A DNA stretch of 64,000 nucleotides from Candidatus Woesebacteria bacterium (GCA_016432365.1 CP066686.1:192355-256354), one strand, 5' to 3'. Numbered from the stretch's first letter, positions 1 to 10,190 are shown. Numbers and translations: made by a program. The notes: a model not told the origin generated them from the sequence alone.

Positions 1-169
1 TTCTATCATTCTTAAAGTTGTTAAGGACTAAGTACTTCTTGATTTTCCTGTTTATTCTTATTACCGGAATGGTTGATCATTATTGGTTAACTCTTCAGCA
101 AAATCTTCTTTTGTCCTCGTTTTTGGTCGGACTTTCTTTAAAGAGATTAAAAATGTAAAATTCTATTTA

Positions 170-601
170 ATGGTATTAACCGAAATTACAATTCATACAG
201 ATGGGGGGGCTAGGGGAAACCCTGGTCCTGCTGCATGTGCCTTTGTTGCAACAAGCACCGGCAAGCTATTAGGTGAGGGGTCACAATTTTTAGGAACCAC
301 AACGAACAATGTCGCTGAGTACAAAGGAGTTTTACTTGCTTTAGAGTGGTTGTTAAAATTGAAGGATTTTAACTCTGACACTTGTACGATTTCGTTTTAT
401 TTAGACTCTGAATTAATAGTTAAACAGTTGAAGGGTATATATAAAGTAAAAAATGAAACTTTAAAAAAATTTAATTTAGAAATAGTAAATATTATTCAGA
501 ACAACAATTTAAGAGTTTCACTATTCAATGTACCAAGAAGTCAAAATAAAGAAGCTGACTTGTTGGTAAACAAAGAACTTGATGGACAAGCAACCGATTG
601 A
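170..601 (+). CDS. rnhA: Ribonuclease HI
   Basis: ORF 83-601 carries the RNase H motifs IHTDGGARGNPGPAA and TNNVAEYKGVLLAL. 83 is a TTG; ATG at 170 (MVLTEITIHTDGG) is the likely start. Confidence 0.85.
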   Translation: MVLTEITIHTDGGARGNPGPAACAFVATSTGKLLGEGSQFLGTTTNNVAEYKGVLLALEWLLKLKDFNSDTCTISFYLDSELIVKQLKGIYKVKNETLKKFNLEIVNIIQNNNLRVSLFNVPRSQNKEADLLVNKELDGQATD

Positions 602-735
602 TCCATTCGGCGTGTATTTCGGGAGGTCTTTCACGTTCCCACATGCCTCGAAGTTCCACCACAGGAAAAATAAATTTTTAAAAAATTTCCTGTCATTTAA
701 TAAATTTCTAGTTATGCGGTAATACAGTAGACAAC

Positions 736-3378
736 ATGAATTCGCAACCTTATCAAAACACAACGTCGCCTTCACTTATAAGAAATCAAACCGTAACGTT
801 ATTTTCAGAACCAAATTTTTTTGCCGTAAACATATTAGAACAACTTCTTTCAAAAAATTGTTTCGTAAACATTATTACAAAAGAAACTAAGAAGTGGGAA
901 GAAAAAACAAAACATTTAAACCGGGATAATTTTTTAATATCTTCTTATAAAAAAATCCCTGTTAGAAGATCTGACTACACAATTTTTTGTTCCGGATTTT
1001 TATCCATTAAAAATACTTACGATGATTTGTATTTCTTTAATAATAAAGTAAACGTCGCCGGATCCCGTGTAATAGCCGTTTTCCCGTTCGAAAGTTATTA
1101 TCTTGATTCCGAAGTGAAGCCATTGCCAAATGAAAACACTTCGATTATTTATGTAGGAGACTTGCTTGGTCCGAGGATTGACTTGGATAGCGACCTTCTT
1201 ACTTCAAGCCTGATGTTCGAAATTTTAACCAAGAGGAGCTTGTCGTTGGGAGTAGGGGAAACTTTTTACCCGATGTTTGTGTCGGATGCATCTAAAATTA
1301 TTTCCAAATGGATGTTTTCGTTCGGCCCATACGGCAAACAGGTGTTTTTATTGGGTCCCCCGGTTTCTGCCACAAACTACTGGAAGGCAAACAAAGATAT
1401 TGTTGATGAAGTAAAACTGAAGTATGTTAACGACATGCCGATCAGGCCCATACCGAAGGATTTTGAGGTTGTGAGAATTGAAGCAGACCTAAAGTATTGC
1501 TTAACAGAGACATTCAAATGGTTTGTGTACAAAGACGATAAGTCTGTGGCCAAAAAAGATGCCGCTGTTAAACCCTTGATACCCATCAAATTAAAGGTGC
1601 CAAAGAAAGTAAACAAAAGATTAAGAACAATAATAAGATCTTCGTTTCTTGTATTAACAATCTTAGTTTTCCCTTTGTTGATAAACGCTGCAGGTTGGGG
1701 AATGTTTTATTTTTTTTATAGGCAGCATTTTGTCGATCAAAAAAAGGATAGAACAAATTCTGTTTTGATTGCAAAAACACTCTTTGCAATCGGAAAAAAT
1801 TCAAGTTTGGTATTTACAAATATTCCCGTAATTGGAAGAGTTTACAAGGAGTCGGCTTTTGCTTCGACCGTTGGAACAACATCGTCGGAAATGATATTGT
1901 CTGCGAGTAGTGCGGTAAACGACGGGATAGTATTGTTTAACAATATTTTGGGAGATAAACCTTACGATTCGGCCGAAATCGGTAAGAATATAAAAGTTAA
2001 TGTGGATTTTTTGTATAGAGAATTGTCCCTAATGCAATCAGAGACCCAAGACGGAATTAAGTCCGGTTTGTTTTTGCCGAGTTATCTTTCTGAAAAAGTA
2101 AACTTTGAAAAATACAAGAACATGCTTGTTCAGGGAAGTGTATTGGCGGAGAATTTGCCGGACATATTAGGTAAGGGTCAAAAGAAAACATATCTTGTTC
2201 TATTTCAAAACAATATGGAGTTAAGACCAACGGGAGGGTTTATTGGGTCATACGGAGTCCTTTCCTTGGATAGCGGCAGACTTAACGAATTAAATGTGAA
2301 TGATGTTTACTCTGCCGATGGACAGCTAAAGGGACATGTCGAACCACCAGCACCTTTAAAAGAGCACTTAGGACAGGCGAACTGGTGGTTGAGGGACTCT
2401 AATTGGGACCCCGATTTTCCAACGTCGGCCCAAAGAGCTGAATGGTTTTTGAACAAAGAAACGGATCAACAAGTGGATGGTGTAGTGGCATTGGATCTAG
2501 ACATTGTTAAGGACATTCTCAGTTTTACCGGTCCAATATTTCTCCCGGATTATAATTTGACGATTTCTGATAAAAATCTCTATGAAACAACCCAGAGCGA
2601 AGTCCAGGATAATTTTTTTCCCGGTACTCATAAAAAAGCAAGCTTCTTAACAGCACTCTCTAGACAATTGCTCTTTGAGATAGGTAAAACTGAAGGTAAA
2701 AACAAAGGAAGCTTATTGAAAGCTTTTGTTGAAAATCTTGATGAGCGACATATTCAGGCCTACTTTCATAGCTCTAAGTTAGAAGACCCAATATTAATGT
2801 TGGGTTGGGGAGGGGCAGTTGGGGAATTTTCTTGTGGGGAAGATTGTTATCAGGATTCAGTGGGCCTGGTTGAGGCAAACCTAGGATTTAATAAATCCAA
2901 TTACTTTATTTCAAGGAAAGTTGGTTTGTCTGTGAACATGAACAAAGAAAACGTTATCAGGACACTTAATGTAAACTATCACAATAGCGCGAGTCCCGTG
3001 CTGGGGCCTTCCGGACGGTATGGGGTCTATTTGAGGGTTGTCTTACCGCCTGACACGAACAGTGTAACTGTAAGCAAGGTTTCCGGCGACAACGAAGAGC
3101 AGATAAGTCCCGAGATCACGATGGTTAAAAACAGAAAAGAAGCCGGGATATGGCTGACAGTTCTACCCGAACAGGATTTAGATGTAAAATTCATTTGGAA
3201 ATCAGATATCCCGGAAAATACACAATTATCAGGCTATGGTATTTATATAAGGAAACAAGCAGGGGTGTCGGACGACCCATGGAGCATCAATTTAGGGTTC
3301 ACCTTGACCAAACCGGAGAGTTTCAGGTATAATACGATTCTGACCAAGGATTTTTACCAAAAGATCTTCATTAAATAA
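736..3378 (+). CDS. DUF4012 domain membrane protein; N-terminal ~270 aa degenerate Rossmann-like domain, one TM helix (LVLTILVFPLLINAAGWGMFYFF), extracytoplasmic DUF4012 (PTGGFIGSYGVLSLD...VDGVVALDLD)
   Basis: 880-aa ORF; domain recognition by motif memory only. Confidence 0.55.
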   Translation: MNSQPYQNTTSPSLIRNQTVTLFSEPNFFAVNILEQLLSKNCFVNIITKETKKWEEKTKHLNRDNFLISSYKKIPVRRSDYTIFCSGFLSIKNTYDDLYFFNNKVNVAGSRVIAVFPFESYYLDSEVKPLPNENTSIIYVGDLLGPRIDLDSDLLTSSLMFEILTKRSLSLGVGETFYPMFVSDASKIISKWMFSFGPYGKQVFLLGPPVSATNYWKANKDIVDEVKLKYVNDMPIRPIPKDFEVVRIEADLKYCLTETFKWFVYKDDKSVAKKDAAVKPLIPIKLKVPKKVNKRLRTIIRSSFLVLTILVFPLLINAAGWGMFYFFYRQHFVDQKKDRTNSVLIAKTLFAIGKNSSLVFTNIPVIGRVYKESAFASTVGTTSSEMILSASSAVNDGIVLFNNILGDKPYDSAEIGKNIKVNVDFLYRELSLMQSETQDGIKSGLFLPSYLSEKVNFEKYKNMLVQGSVLAENLPDILGKGQKKTYLVLFQNNMELRPTGGFIGSYGVLSLDSGRLNELNVNDVYSADGQLKGHVEPPAPLKEHLGQANWWLRDSNWDPDFPTSAQRAEWFLNKETDQQVDGVVALDLDIVKDILSFTGPIFLPDYNLTISDKNLYETTQSEVQDNFFPGTHKKASFLTALSRQLLFEIGKTEGKNKGSLLKAFVENLDERHIQAYFHSSKLEDPILMLGWGGAVGEFSCGEDCYQDSVGLVEANLGFNKSNYFISRKVGLSVNMNKENVIRTLNVNYHNSASPVLGPSGRYGVYLRVVLPPDTNSVTVSKVSGDNEEQISPEITMVKNRKEAGIWLTVLPEQDLDVKFIWKSDIPENTQLSGYGIYIRKQAGVSDDPWSINLGFTLTKPESFRYNTILTKDFYQKIFIK

Positions 3379-3380
3379 AA

Positions 3381-4061
3381 ATGGATAAGAAAACACTAAA
3401 AGCTGAGGAAAGGAAGCTTGAGGGCCGAAAAGTTAAAACACTTAGGCTAAATGGTTTTGTTCCGAGCAACATCTCGGGTAAAAAGATAAAATCGCTTTCT
3501 GTCCAAGTTAAATTGAGTGACTTCGAAACTATCTACAAAGAAGTTGGTGAAACCGGACTGGTTGAATTAGACGTAAACGGAGACAAGAGGCCTGTTTTGG
3601 TTCACAACGTCCAAAAGAACGCAAAAACTGACGAAGTAGTACATATTGATTTTCTTCAGGTAGATCTTAAGCAAAAAGTTGAGGCAGACGTCCCCGTCGA
3701 ACTTACCGGCGAATCTCCGGCCGAAAAACAGGCTTTGGGAACCGTTGTCCAGTATATTAACGAAATTAAAGTTGAAGCACTCCCGACAGACTTACCAGAG
3801 AAATTTGTTGTTGACACGTCAGAGCTGGCAGAGGTCGACCAATCAATTCTAGTCAAGGACCTTAAGGTTGATAGGACAAAAGTTGATATTAAGACTGGTG
3901 CCGATGACATTGTGGTCAAAGTTGAGCCGCCTCAAAAAGAGGAGGTAGTTGAGACGCCAATAGTTCCTGTTGGTGCAGACGGCGAAGTGGTAGCAGAAGG
4001 TGCACCAGTAGCTGAGGGTGAACAACCCGCTGAAACTTCTAAGGAAGAAACCAAGAGCTAG
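3381..4061 (+). CDS. rplY: 50S ribosomal protein L25 / general stress protein Ctc (long form)
   Basis: 226 aa; N-terminal L25 fold motifs (VHIDFLQV, VPVELTGESPAEKQ) and an acidic C-terminal extension typical of Ctc-type L25. Confidence 0.8.
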   Translation: MDKKTLKAEERKLEGRKVKTLRLNGFVPSNISGKKIKSLSVQVKLSDFETIYKEVGETGLVELDVNGDKRPVLVHNVQKNAKTDEVVHIDFLQVDLKQKVEADVPVELTGESPAEKQALGTVVQYINEIKVEALPTDLPEKFVVDTSELAEVDQSILVKDLKVDRTKVDIKTGADDIVVKVEPPQKEEVVETPIVPVGADGEVVAEGAPVAEGEQPAETSKEETKS

Positions 4062-4071
4062 AATCTAGCCG

Positions 4072-4341
4072 CTAGTAACTAGTGTCTAGTTTGAAGTTTG
4101 GGTCGATCTCCTTTACCTTATCCATTCTTCCTAGTTCTATCCAACCGGGGATATAGTTCGGGTGATTGGATGTAAAATCTGTCCAGAAAGATTGCTCGTC
4201 GCCAGGTGTCGAAACTCCCAACACTTTTGTCTTTAGTCTAAGAAAGACGCTAATATCAAACGCCGAAAGAAAAAGAACAAGTAATAATAAGGAGTAGATA
4301 ATAAACCTGACGAAGTTTTGTTTGACCTTTTTATCAGACAT
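4072..4341 (-). CDS. Small hypothetical membrane protein
   Basis: ORF 4072-4383; ATG at 4341 (MSDKKVKQNF...) followed by one TM helix; no recognisable domain. Confidence 0.35.
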   Translation of the reverse strand: MSDKKVKQNFVRFIIYSLLLLVLFLSAFDISVFLRLKTKVLGVSTPGDEQSFWTDFTSNHPNYIPGWIELGRMDKVKEIDPNFKLDTSY

Positions 4342-4356
4342 GTGATAATCTAAATT

Positions 4357-4770
4357 ATGGATCCGAATCACCCCATGCCGCAAGGGGAAAATTTACAGAA
4401 TTTACCACAAACTTCTCAGCAACCGATTACGCCATCTCCTGAAGCCGTTCCTCCTCAAGCGATGCCCACACCTCCGGATGGTTCTACTGCAGAACTTCCA
4501 CTTTCAGAACCACAGCAAAAAAAGGCTTCTCCTCTTTTAATTATTTCTATGGTTCTACTTGCAGTTTCTCTTGTAGTTGCTGTTGCCTACATGATTGGGT
4601 CAAAATTTTTTGCCGGTTCTCCAAAACGAGTTTCCACCCCAACGCCTGTAGCAACGCCGATACAAACTGTAGTGCCTACAAATTCACCTGAAGCAACTCC
4701 TTCACTTGCGCCGGAGGCCACCTCCAGTGCATCACCTTCCCCTTTGGCTACACCTTCGGCCACGCCGTAG
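4357..4770 (+). CDS. Pro/Thr/Ser-rich membrane-anchored hypothetical protein
   Basis: 137 aa; proline-rich N-terminus, one TM helix (LLIISMVLLAVSLVVAVAYMI), low-complexity PTPVATP tail. Confidence 0.4.
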   Translation: MDPNHPMPQGENLQNLPQTSQQPITPSPEAVPPQAMPTPPDGSTAELPLSEPQQKKASPLLIISMVLLAVSLVVAVAYMIGSKFFAGSPKRVSTPTPVATPIQTVVPTNSPEATPSLAPEATSSASPSPLATPSATP

Positions 4771-6898
4771 TTATTAGGAGGTCTGTTTTCCCCAGCTCCT
4801 TCCATATTTGTTCTGTAACAAAAGGCATGAATGGATGGAGGAGTTTAATAAATATTTCGAGTCCCCAGTTCAAATCCGCTTTACCAACTTTTCCCAGCTT
4901 TGCCTCTTCTATAGCCTGGTCGCAAAACCAGTGCCAAAACTCCTCATATAGTATTTCGGCAGATCGGTTCAAGTCGAACCTGTCCAGATATTCGGTTACA
5001 TCCTTGGTAATTTGAATTATCTTGTTTCTAAATTCGACATTCTTGTCTGCATCATTACTAAATTCTTTGACAAACCTTGCTGCGTTCCAGATTTTGTTTG
5101 AGAAGTTCCTCATACCGCGTACTTTCTCTTCGGAAAGTATTGCCTTACTACCCGCCGGAACACCATACAGTAGCGACATTCTTAAAGCATCTGCCCCATA
5201 TTTGTCTACAAATTCAAGTGGATTGACAACGTTTCCTTTTGACTTGCTCATTTTCACTCCTTTAGAGTCTGCAACCATGCTCCAAAGATAAACATTTTGA
5301 AAAGGAATTTCGTTTTTAAGGTATAGGCTAAACAAAATCATTCGGCTAACCCAAAACTTCAAAATATCAGAAAGCGTAGCCATGACATCCGTTGGAAAAC
5401 GTGTTTTGAATTCAGCATTTTTTAGAGTAACGGTTGGCCACTGACCCGATGAAAACCAGGTATCAAAAGTATCTGTTTCGGGGAGGTATTTCCCTTTTGT
5501 CGGTTTTTTGTCACAGACAACGTAGTTGGAACCGGCAGCTGCACGTACAGACTGTAAACCCTTTTCAATCTCTTCAAAATCAAAATCGTTAACATTCCCA
5601 AATTTTTTTTGTCCGTCTTTATCAATAAATGTAACCTGGATATCTGAATTTTCGTTAACTTCATACCAAACCGGAATTCTTATACACCAGACAATCTGTC
5701 TGCTTATCGGCCAGTCGTGCATAATTTCCAGCCAAGATAGCATGTGTCTCTTAAATTTTTTCGGATAAAAATTAATTTTGTCTTCTTTTACAACCTTAAT
5801 TACCTTTTTCTTAAGTTCGGTAACCTTTATAAACCAATTGGGGGTGGTCATGGGTTCAAGATCTCGACCGCATTTATAACAGGTTAAGACACTGTGATTA
5901 TAATTAGTGTCAATGTGGTCAATTAATCCTTTAGCTTCTAAATCTTTGACAACCTCTACTCTGGCATCTTTAACTTTCATTCCCGCATATTTACCGCCGT
6001 TATTCCGCACACGACCAAAAAGGTCGATTGCTGATATTATTGGGAGGTTGTGCTTTTTGGCAACCGCATAATCATTAGCGTCATGAGCAGGCGTAAGCTT
6101 TACAATGCCTGTTCCAAAGTCAGGATCAACAAAATCATCCCCGATAATTTCCATTTCAACCTCAGTTAAGGGGTTAAGGACTTTGGAACCGATTAGGTGT
6201 TTATTCTTATTATCCTCAGGATTTACCGCTAAATGAGTGTCGACAAAGATTGGTTCGGGTCTAGTCGTGGCAATAACAATATAATCTTTCTTATCTAAAG
6301 TGGGGTATTTTACATAATAAAGTTTGTCTATCCTTTCCAAGTGTTTTACTTCTAATTCCGCAAGAGATGTGCCGTCGTGAACACAGTAGTTGACTATATA
6401 GTTATCACGATAAACAAGTCCGTCAGCCTCCATTTTTATAAAAGTGTCATAGACCTCGGTAATAACGTCGGGGTCCCATGCATTAACGCTTCTACCCCAA
6501 TCTGCGGAAAAACCCAAACGTTTGAATTGGTGAAAAATAAGACTGGAGTTGTCTTTTACAAAATTATAGATGTTGTTATACAAAGTGGCTCTATCGAAAT
6601 CCATTCTACTTTTACCCTCTTTTGCCAGGTTCTTTTCATAAACATACTGAGTTTCAAATCCTGCATGGTCCATTCCCGGAATCCATAAAGCAGAGTAACC
6701 CTGCATACGTTTGTAGCGGATCAATATGTCGTCGACCGTATACATTGCGTGGCCAGCATGAAGCGAGGCGTTCGCATTTGGGGGAGGCATGAGTATTGTG
6801 TAAGGCTCTCCCGTCGCGCTGGGTTTAAAAGCGCCGGAGGTCTCCCATTTTTTGTAAATTTCTGATTCAAACAAATTGTGATCGTAAGCTTTGTCCAT
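4748..6898 (-). CDS. valS: Valine--tRNA ligase (minimal form, no C-terminal coiled coil)
   Basis: 716 aa; class I aaRS motifs PPPNANASLHAGHA (HIGH region) and KMSKSKGN; ValRS-like core WIPGMDHAGFETQ. Confidence 0.85.
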   Translation of the reverse strand: MDKAYDHNLFESEIYKKWETSGAFKPSATGEPYTILMPPPNANASLHAGHAMYTVDDILIRYKRMQGYSALWIPGMDHAGFETQYVYEKNLAKEGKSRMDFDRATLYNNIYNFVKDNSSLIFHQFKRLGFSADWGRSVNAWDPDVITEVYDTFIKMEADGLVYRDNYIVNYCVHDGTSLAELEVKHLERIDKLYYVKYPTLDKKDYIVIATTRPEPIFVDTHLAVNPEDNKNKHLIGSKVLNPLTEVEMEIIGDDFVDPDFGTGIVKLTPAHDANDYAVAKKHNLPIISAIDLFGRVRNNGGKYAGMKVKDARVEVVKDLEAKGLIDHIDTNYNHSVLTCYKCGRDLEPMTTPNWFIKVTELKKKVIKVVKEDKINFYPKKFKRHMLSWLEIMHDWPISRQIVWCIRIPVWYEVNENSDIQVTFIDKDGQKKFGNVNDFDFEEIEKGLQSVRAAAGSNYVVCDKKPTKGKYLPETDTFDTWFSSGQWPTVTLKNAEFKTRFPTDVMATLSDILKFWVSRMILFSLYLKNEIPFQNVYLWSMVADSKGVKMSKSKGNVVNPLEFVDKYGADALRMSLLYGVPAGSKAILSEEKVRGMRNFSNKIWNAARFVKEFSNDADKNVEFRNKIIQITKDVTEYLDRFDLNRSAEILYEEFWHWFCDQAIEEAKLGKVGKADLNWGLEIFIKLLHPFMPFVTEQIWKELGKTDLLITTAWPKV

Positions 6899-6950
6899 TT
6901 AAGTATTGGCTTGCCTCTACATGGCTGAATTATAGTCTAATCAGAGAAAA

Positions 6951-7991
6951 TTAGCCACCAATTTTTAGGTTGGGGATTCGGTCGATAGTTTTAGGATCAA
7001 CAAACTCACCTCTTTGGGCTTTAAAATAAGCTGCGACTCCGACCATTGCCGCATTATCTCCCGTCATATTCTTGGAATAAGGAAAGGACACATTTATGTC
7101 AAACTGCTTGCCTAGATGCCTTAACCTTTTTCTAAGTTCTATATTGGCTGAGACCCCGCCGCCAACGAGCAAATTTACGATTTTTAATTTACAATTTGCA
7201 ATTGAATACGAACAGACACGGAATAGGTGGGTAAAAGATGCGTCTTGAAAAGAGGAAGCAAGGTCGTAGATATTTTGTTTTGAAAGAGCTCCGTTTGTTT
7301 CTCTTATTTCCACAATCTTTCTCATCATTGAAGTCTTCAGTCCAGAATATGAAAAAATTTTTCTTTCTTCCTGACCAATCATTGGGATTGGGAGTTTATA
7401 TTTTAAAGGATCCCCCAACTTTGCAAATTTTTCTAATATGGCCCCTCCGGGGTAACCCAGGCCCAACATTCTTGCGGCTTTGTCGAGCGCTTCCCCCAGT
7501 GCGTCGTCCGCAGTTTGAGCCAGCGTTTCGTATTCTCCGATTTCGTTGATTTTAACAAGAATAGTATTTCCCCCCGACACAACCAACCCAAGCGCCGGAA
7601 ATTTAGAATTAAGAATTGAAAACTGAGAATTTGCGAATGGAGACAACACATGAGCCTCAAGGTGATTTACGGCAATTAATTTTTTGTTATGTTTTATAGC
7701 CAGCTCTTTTGCCTTTTTAATTCCAACTCCGAGTGCAATCGAAAGTCCCGGACCCACCGTTACGGCAATTGCATCGATTTTCTCTAATGGCTGTTGGCTA
7801 TTAACTAATGCTTTGTTTGTAACAAAGTCAATTCGCTCTTCGTGCATGCGTTGGGCAAGCGAGGGCATCACGCCTCCGAATTTCGCATGATCTTTTGCCT
7901 GTGACCAAATAATATTGGACAAAATTTTTGTGTCACTGGTAATAGCACAAGCTGTTTCATCACATGATGTATCGATAGATAGGATTGTCAT
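6951..7991 (-). CDS. tsaD: tRNA N6-adenosine threonylcarbamoyltransferase TsaD (Kae1/YgjD)
   Basis: 346 aa; ILSIDTSCDETACAI N-terminus and the conserved metal-binding ASKAT fold of the Kae1/TsaD family. Confidence 0.9.
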   Translation of the reverse strand: MTILSIDTSCDETACAITSDTKILSNIIWSQAKDHAKFGGVMPSLAQRMHEERIDFVTNKALVNSQQPLEKIDAIAVTVGPGLSIALGVGIKKAKELAIKHNKKLIAVNHLEAHVLSPFANSQFSILNSKFPALGLVVSGGNTILVKINEIGEYETLAQTADDALGEALDKAARMLGLGYPGGAILEKFAKLGDPLKYKLPIPMIGQEERKIFSYSGLKTSMMRKIVEIRETNGALSKQNIYDLASSFQDASFTHLFRVCSYSIANCKLKIVNLLVGGGVSANIELRKRLRHLGKQFDINVSFPYSKNMTGDNAAMVGVAAYFKAQRGEFVDPKTIDRIPNLKIGG

Positions 7992-8494
7992 ATTTTATGA
8001 GAAAACAGCAAGGCAGTTGCGTTTTCTTCAGTTCTGTAATAAACACCAATGTTTTCAGGACGGTAAGGGCGTTTGCTATTGACTGCAAAGGCATTTTTTG
8101 GAAGTTTAATACTTCCTGAACCTCTGTAGTCCTTATAAATAGATATATGGGGTAAGAATTCGATCTGCCTACCGGGAGTAATACCAAAATTTTTTTCAAA
8201 AAGCTCGTGCAACTCTTCTATCTCTTTTGTATTTTCAATTTTTAGAACTAACGTTTTTCCGTGTACTCCAACAATATCGAGTTCCTGGGGTCTTAATATG
8301 GTGGAAACAATTAGATTTCTGTTGGCTAGAATTACGTCTTTAACTTGACGAAGTTTGTCGTCGTCAACCTCCGTAAGCATGTGTATGGTAAAATGCGCAA
8401 ATTTTTTATTTGGGTTTATTGTCTTAATATATTTAAGTAAGGGGCCTTCTTTAATCGGAAAAGCTACATATGATTGTTGGTAAATTTCTTTCAT
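7988..8494 (-). CDS. 2H phosphoesterase superfamily protein (LigT/ThpR-like RNA 2',3'-cyclic phosphodiesterase)
   Basis: 168 aa with two H-x-T/S-x motifs (HFTIH.. and PHISIY); overlaps tsaD by 4 nt, so operonic. Confidence 0.6.
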   Translation of the reverse strand: MKEIYQQSYVAFPIKEGPLLKYIKTINPNKKFAHFTIHMLTEVDDDKLRQVKDVILANRNLIVSTILRPQELDIVGVHGKTLVLKIENTKEIEELHELFEKNFGITPGRQIEFLPHISIYKDYRGSGSIKLPKNAFAVNSKRPYRPENIGVYYRTEENATALLFSHKI

Positions 8495-8497
8495 TTT

Positions 8498-9568
8498 TTA
8501 GATATTGCCCCAACTAATAAGCCGTTGATTCATATTTTTTCCGTATCTAATTTTTACCCAAACAACAATTGCTTGGTCCCTAAATTTTCTAATTACATCT
8601 ACAACTCGATCCGCCCATTCAATGCTCATTACCGTATTTTTGTTTTCAACCATTTTCAAAAACCCAAGCGTTTCCATTTCGGTCGAGTTAGACAGTCTCC
8701 ATGCGTCAAAGTGTTCTAAAACAAATTTTGAATTTGAAACTTTATATTCTTCGACCAAGCTGAAAGTAGGAGAAACTACAAGTTCTGTTACTCCCATCGC
8801 TCGTGCCAGCCCTTTTGTAAATTGTGTTTTCCCGGTTCCCATCTCGCCTTCCAGAGCAAAAATAATAGATCGTTTTCCGCTATAGTTTTCATATTTTTGC
8901 CAAAGCTCCTTACCTACATTTTGGGTGTTTTCCTCACTACTGCTTAAAACTTCATTTTCATCTTTTAGTCTTATATACCCCTGACGAAGTGTAATTGCTT
9001 CATCAAACGTAGTATCAATTACCGTTGACGGTTCGTTATGTGGGAGTTCACCAACGTCGATAATCAAGTCGACAAGCTCCTTTTGCTTTTTGGAAACGTT
9101 ATCTAGGATGTCAGTTATTTTATATGGTCGCTTTTGATAAGAACTGTTGGCGCTAGTTGCCACTATTGGCCTATCAAATTCTTTTATTAATTTCAACAAA
9201 TTAGGATAGGCTGGAATTCTGACCCCTAGTGTTCCGGCCTCGGATTCGATACCTTTTGCAACTTTCCTTTTACCGACAGATATTACCGTGACGGGGCCAG
9301 GGAGAAAGGTGTTATAGAGATTTTTAGCAGTGGTATTTAATTCGACGTATTTTTCTGCCATCTCTTGATTGGCGCACATAATTGCGTACGGTTTGCCAAA
9401 CGGACGCTTTTTGTATGTATTCAATTTTTCGACGGCGATATTATTTGATGAGTCGACGGCCACTCCGTAAACTGTTTCGCAGGGAAATATCACAAGTCCG
9501 CCTTGTTTTAGAACATTGATTATTAATTTGTTATCAAACTTGTTTATGACCTTCATGATGGGGTTCAT
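8498..9568 (-). CDS. Fusion protein: N-terminal L-threonylcarbamoyladenylate synthase (TsaC/YrdC domain) + C-terminal TsaE (YjeE) P-loop ATPase
   Basis: N-terminus has YrdC motifs (VIFPCETVYGVAVD, GTLGVRIP, ATSANSS). C-terminus has the TsaE Walker A GEMGTGKT, SPTFSLVEEY and HFDAWRL motifs. Confidence 0.8.
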   Translation of the reverse strand: MNPIMKVINKFDNKLIINVLKQGGLVIFPCETVYGVAVDSSNNIAVEKLNTYKKRPFGKPYAIMCANQEMAEKYVELNTTAKNLYNTFLPGPVTVISVGKRKVAKGIESEAGTLGVRIPAYPNLLKLIKEFDRPIVATSANSSYQKRPYKITDILDNVSKKQKELVDLIIDVGELPHNEPSTVIDTTFDEAITLRQGYIRLKDENEVLSSSEENTQNVGKELWQKYENYSGKRSIIFALEGEMGTGKTQFTKGLARAMGVTELVVSPTFSLVEEYKVSNSKFVLEHFDAWRLSNSTEMETLGFLKMVENKNTVMSIEWADRVVDVIRKFRDQAIVVWVKIRYGKNMNQRLISWGNI

Positions 9569-10178
9569 CGTCCTTAAAGTGTTTATATTCGTGTTTTATA
9601 GCTCTAAAAATCACAAAGACGGCTATCATCAGAAATATCCAAGCCAGTATTCCGATGCTGCTCACAACATTTTTTAAATCCTCCTTTTGATATCCGGCAA
9701 AGTATCCTATTAAAGTCATCAATGAAACCCAGCTTAAAGAAGCACCTATTGCATACAAATTAAATTTCCAGAAATTATACCTCTCGACTCCCGCAATATA
9801 GCTTACCCAAAATCGTGTTAAGTTTGCCATCATGGAAGTTGTCAAAATTACCGCGCCATTTTTGTGCAAAAGTTGCTTGGCAAATTTGGCACTTCTTTCC
9901 TGATGAAGTTTCTTAACAAGCCACATTCCGGTTTTTTTACCAAGCAGATAAGCGAGTAAAAATGCCAGCCAAGCTCCAAGTGTTCCTATAATAATTACGG
10001 GGATTACCGGCAACTGCTGATCGCCGTTGGAAATGTAGCCGGCTATAATCAAAATTCCCCCGCCTGGTACCGCCCATGCCAGAGGTGTGATTTCAATTAA
10101 AGACCCCAAAAAAATGATTAGGTAGCCGTATTGTTCAAAAAGAACGGTGACTGTGTTTAAAACCAAAACTATATCCAT
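9534..10178 (-). CDS. DedA family (SNARE-associated/VTT domain) membrane protein
   Basis: 214 aa; multiple TM helices; DedA signature around GYISNGD...NLTRFWVSYIAGVERYNFWKF. Confidence 0.8.
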   Translation of the reverse strand: MDIVLVLNTVTVLFEQYGYLIIFLGSLIEITPLAWAVPGGGILIIAGYISNGDQQLPVIPVIIIGTLGAWLAFLLAYLLGKKTGMWLVKKLHQERSAKFAKQLLHKNGAVILTTSMMANLTRFWVSYIAGVERYNFWKFNLYAIGASLSWVSLMTLIGYFAGYQKEDLKNVVSSIGILAWIFLMIAVFVIFRAIKHEYKHFKDDEPHHEGHKQV

Positions 10179-10190
10179 GAGGCTATTATA

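Noticed and set aside
202-208. G7 homopolymer inside rnhA (codons for D-G-G-A at the active site)
   Set aside because: Slippage-prone in principle, but it encodes the conserved catalytic-site glycines of an essential enzyme; most likely just codon choice.
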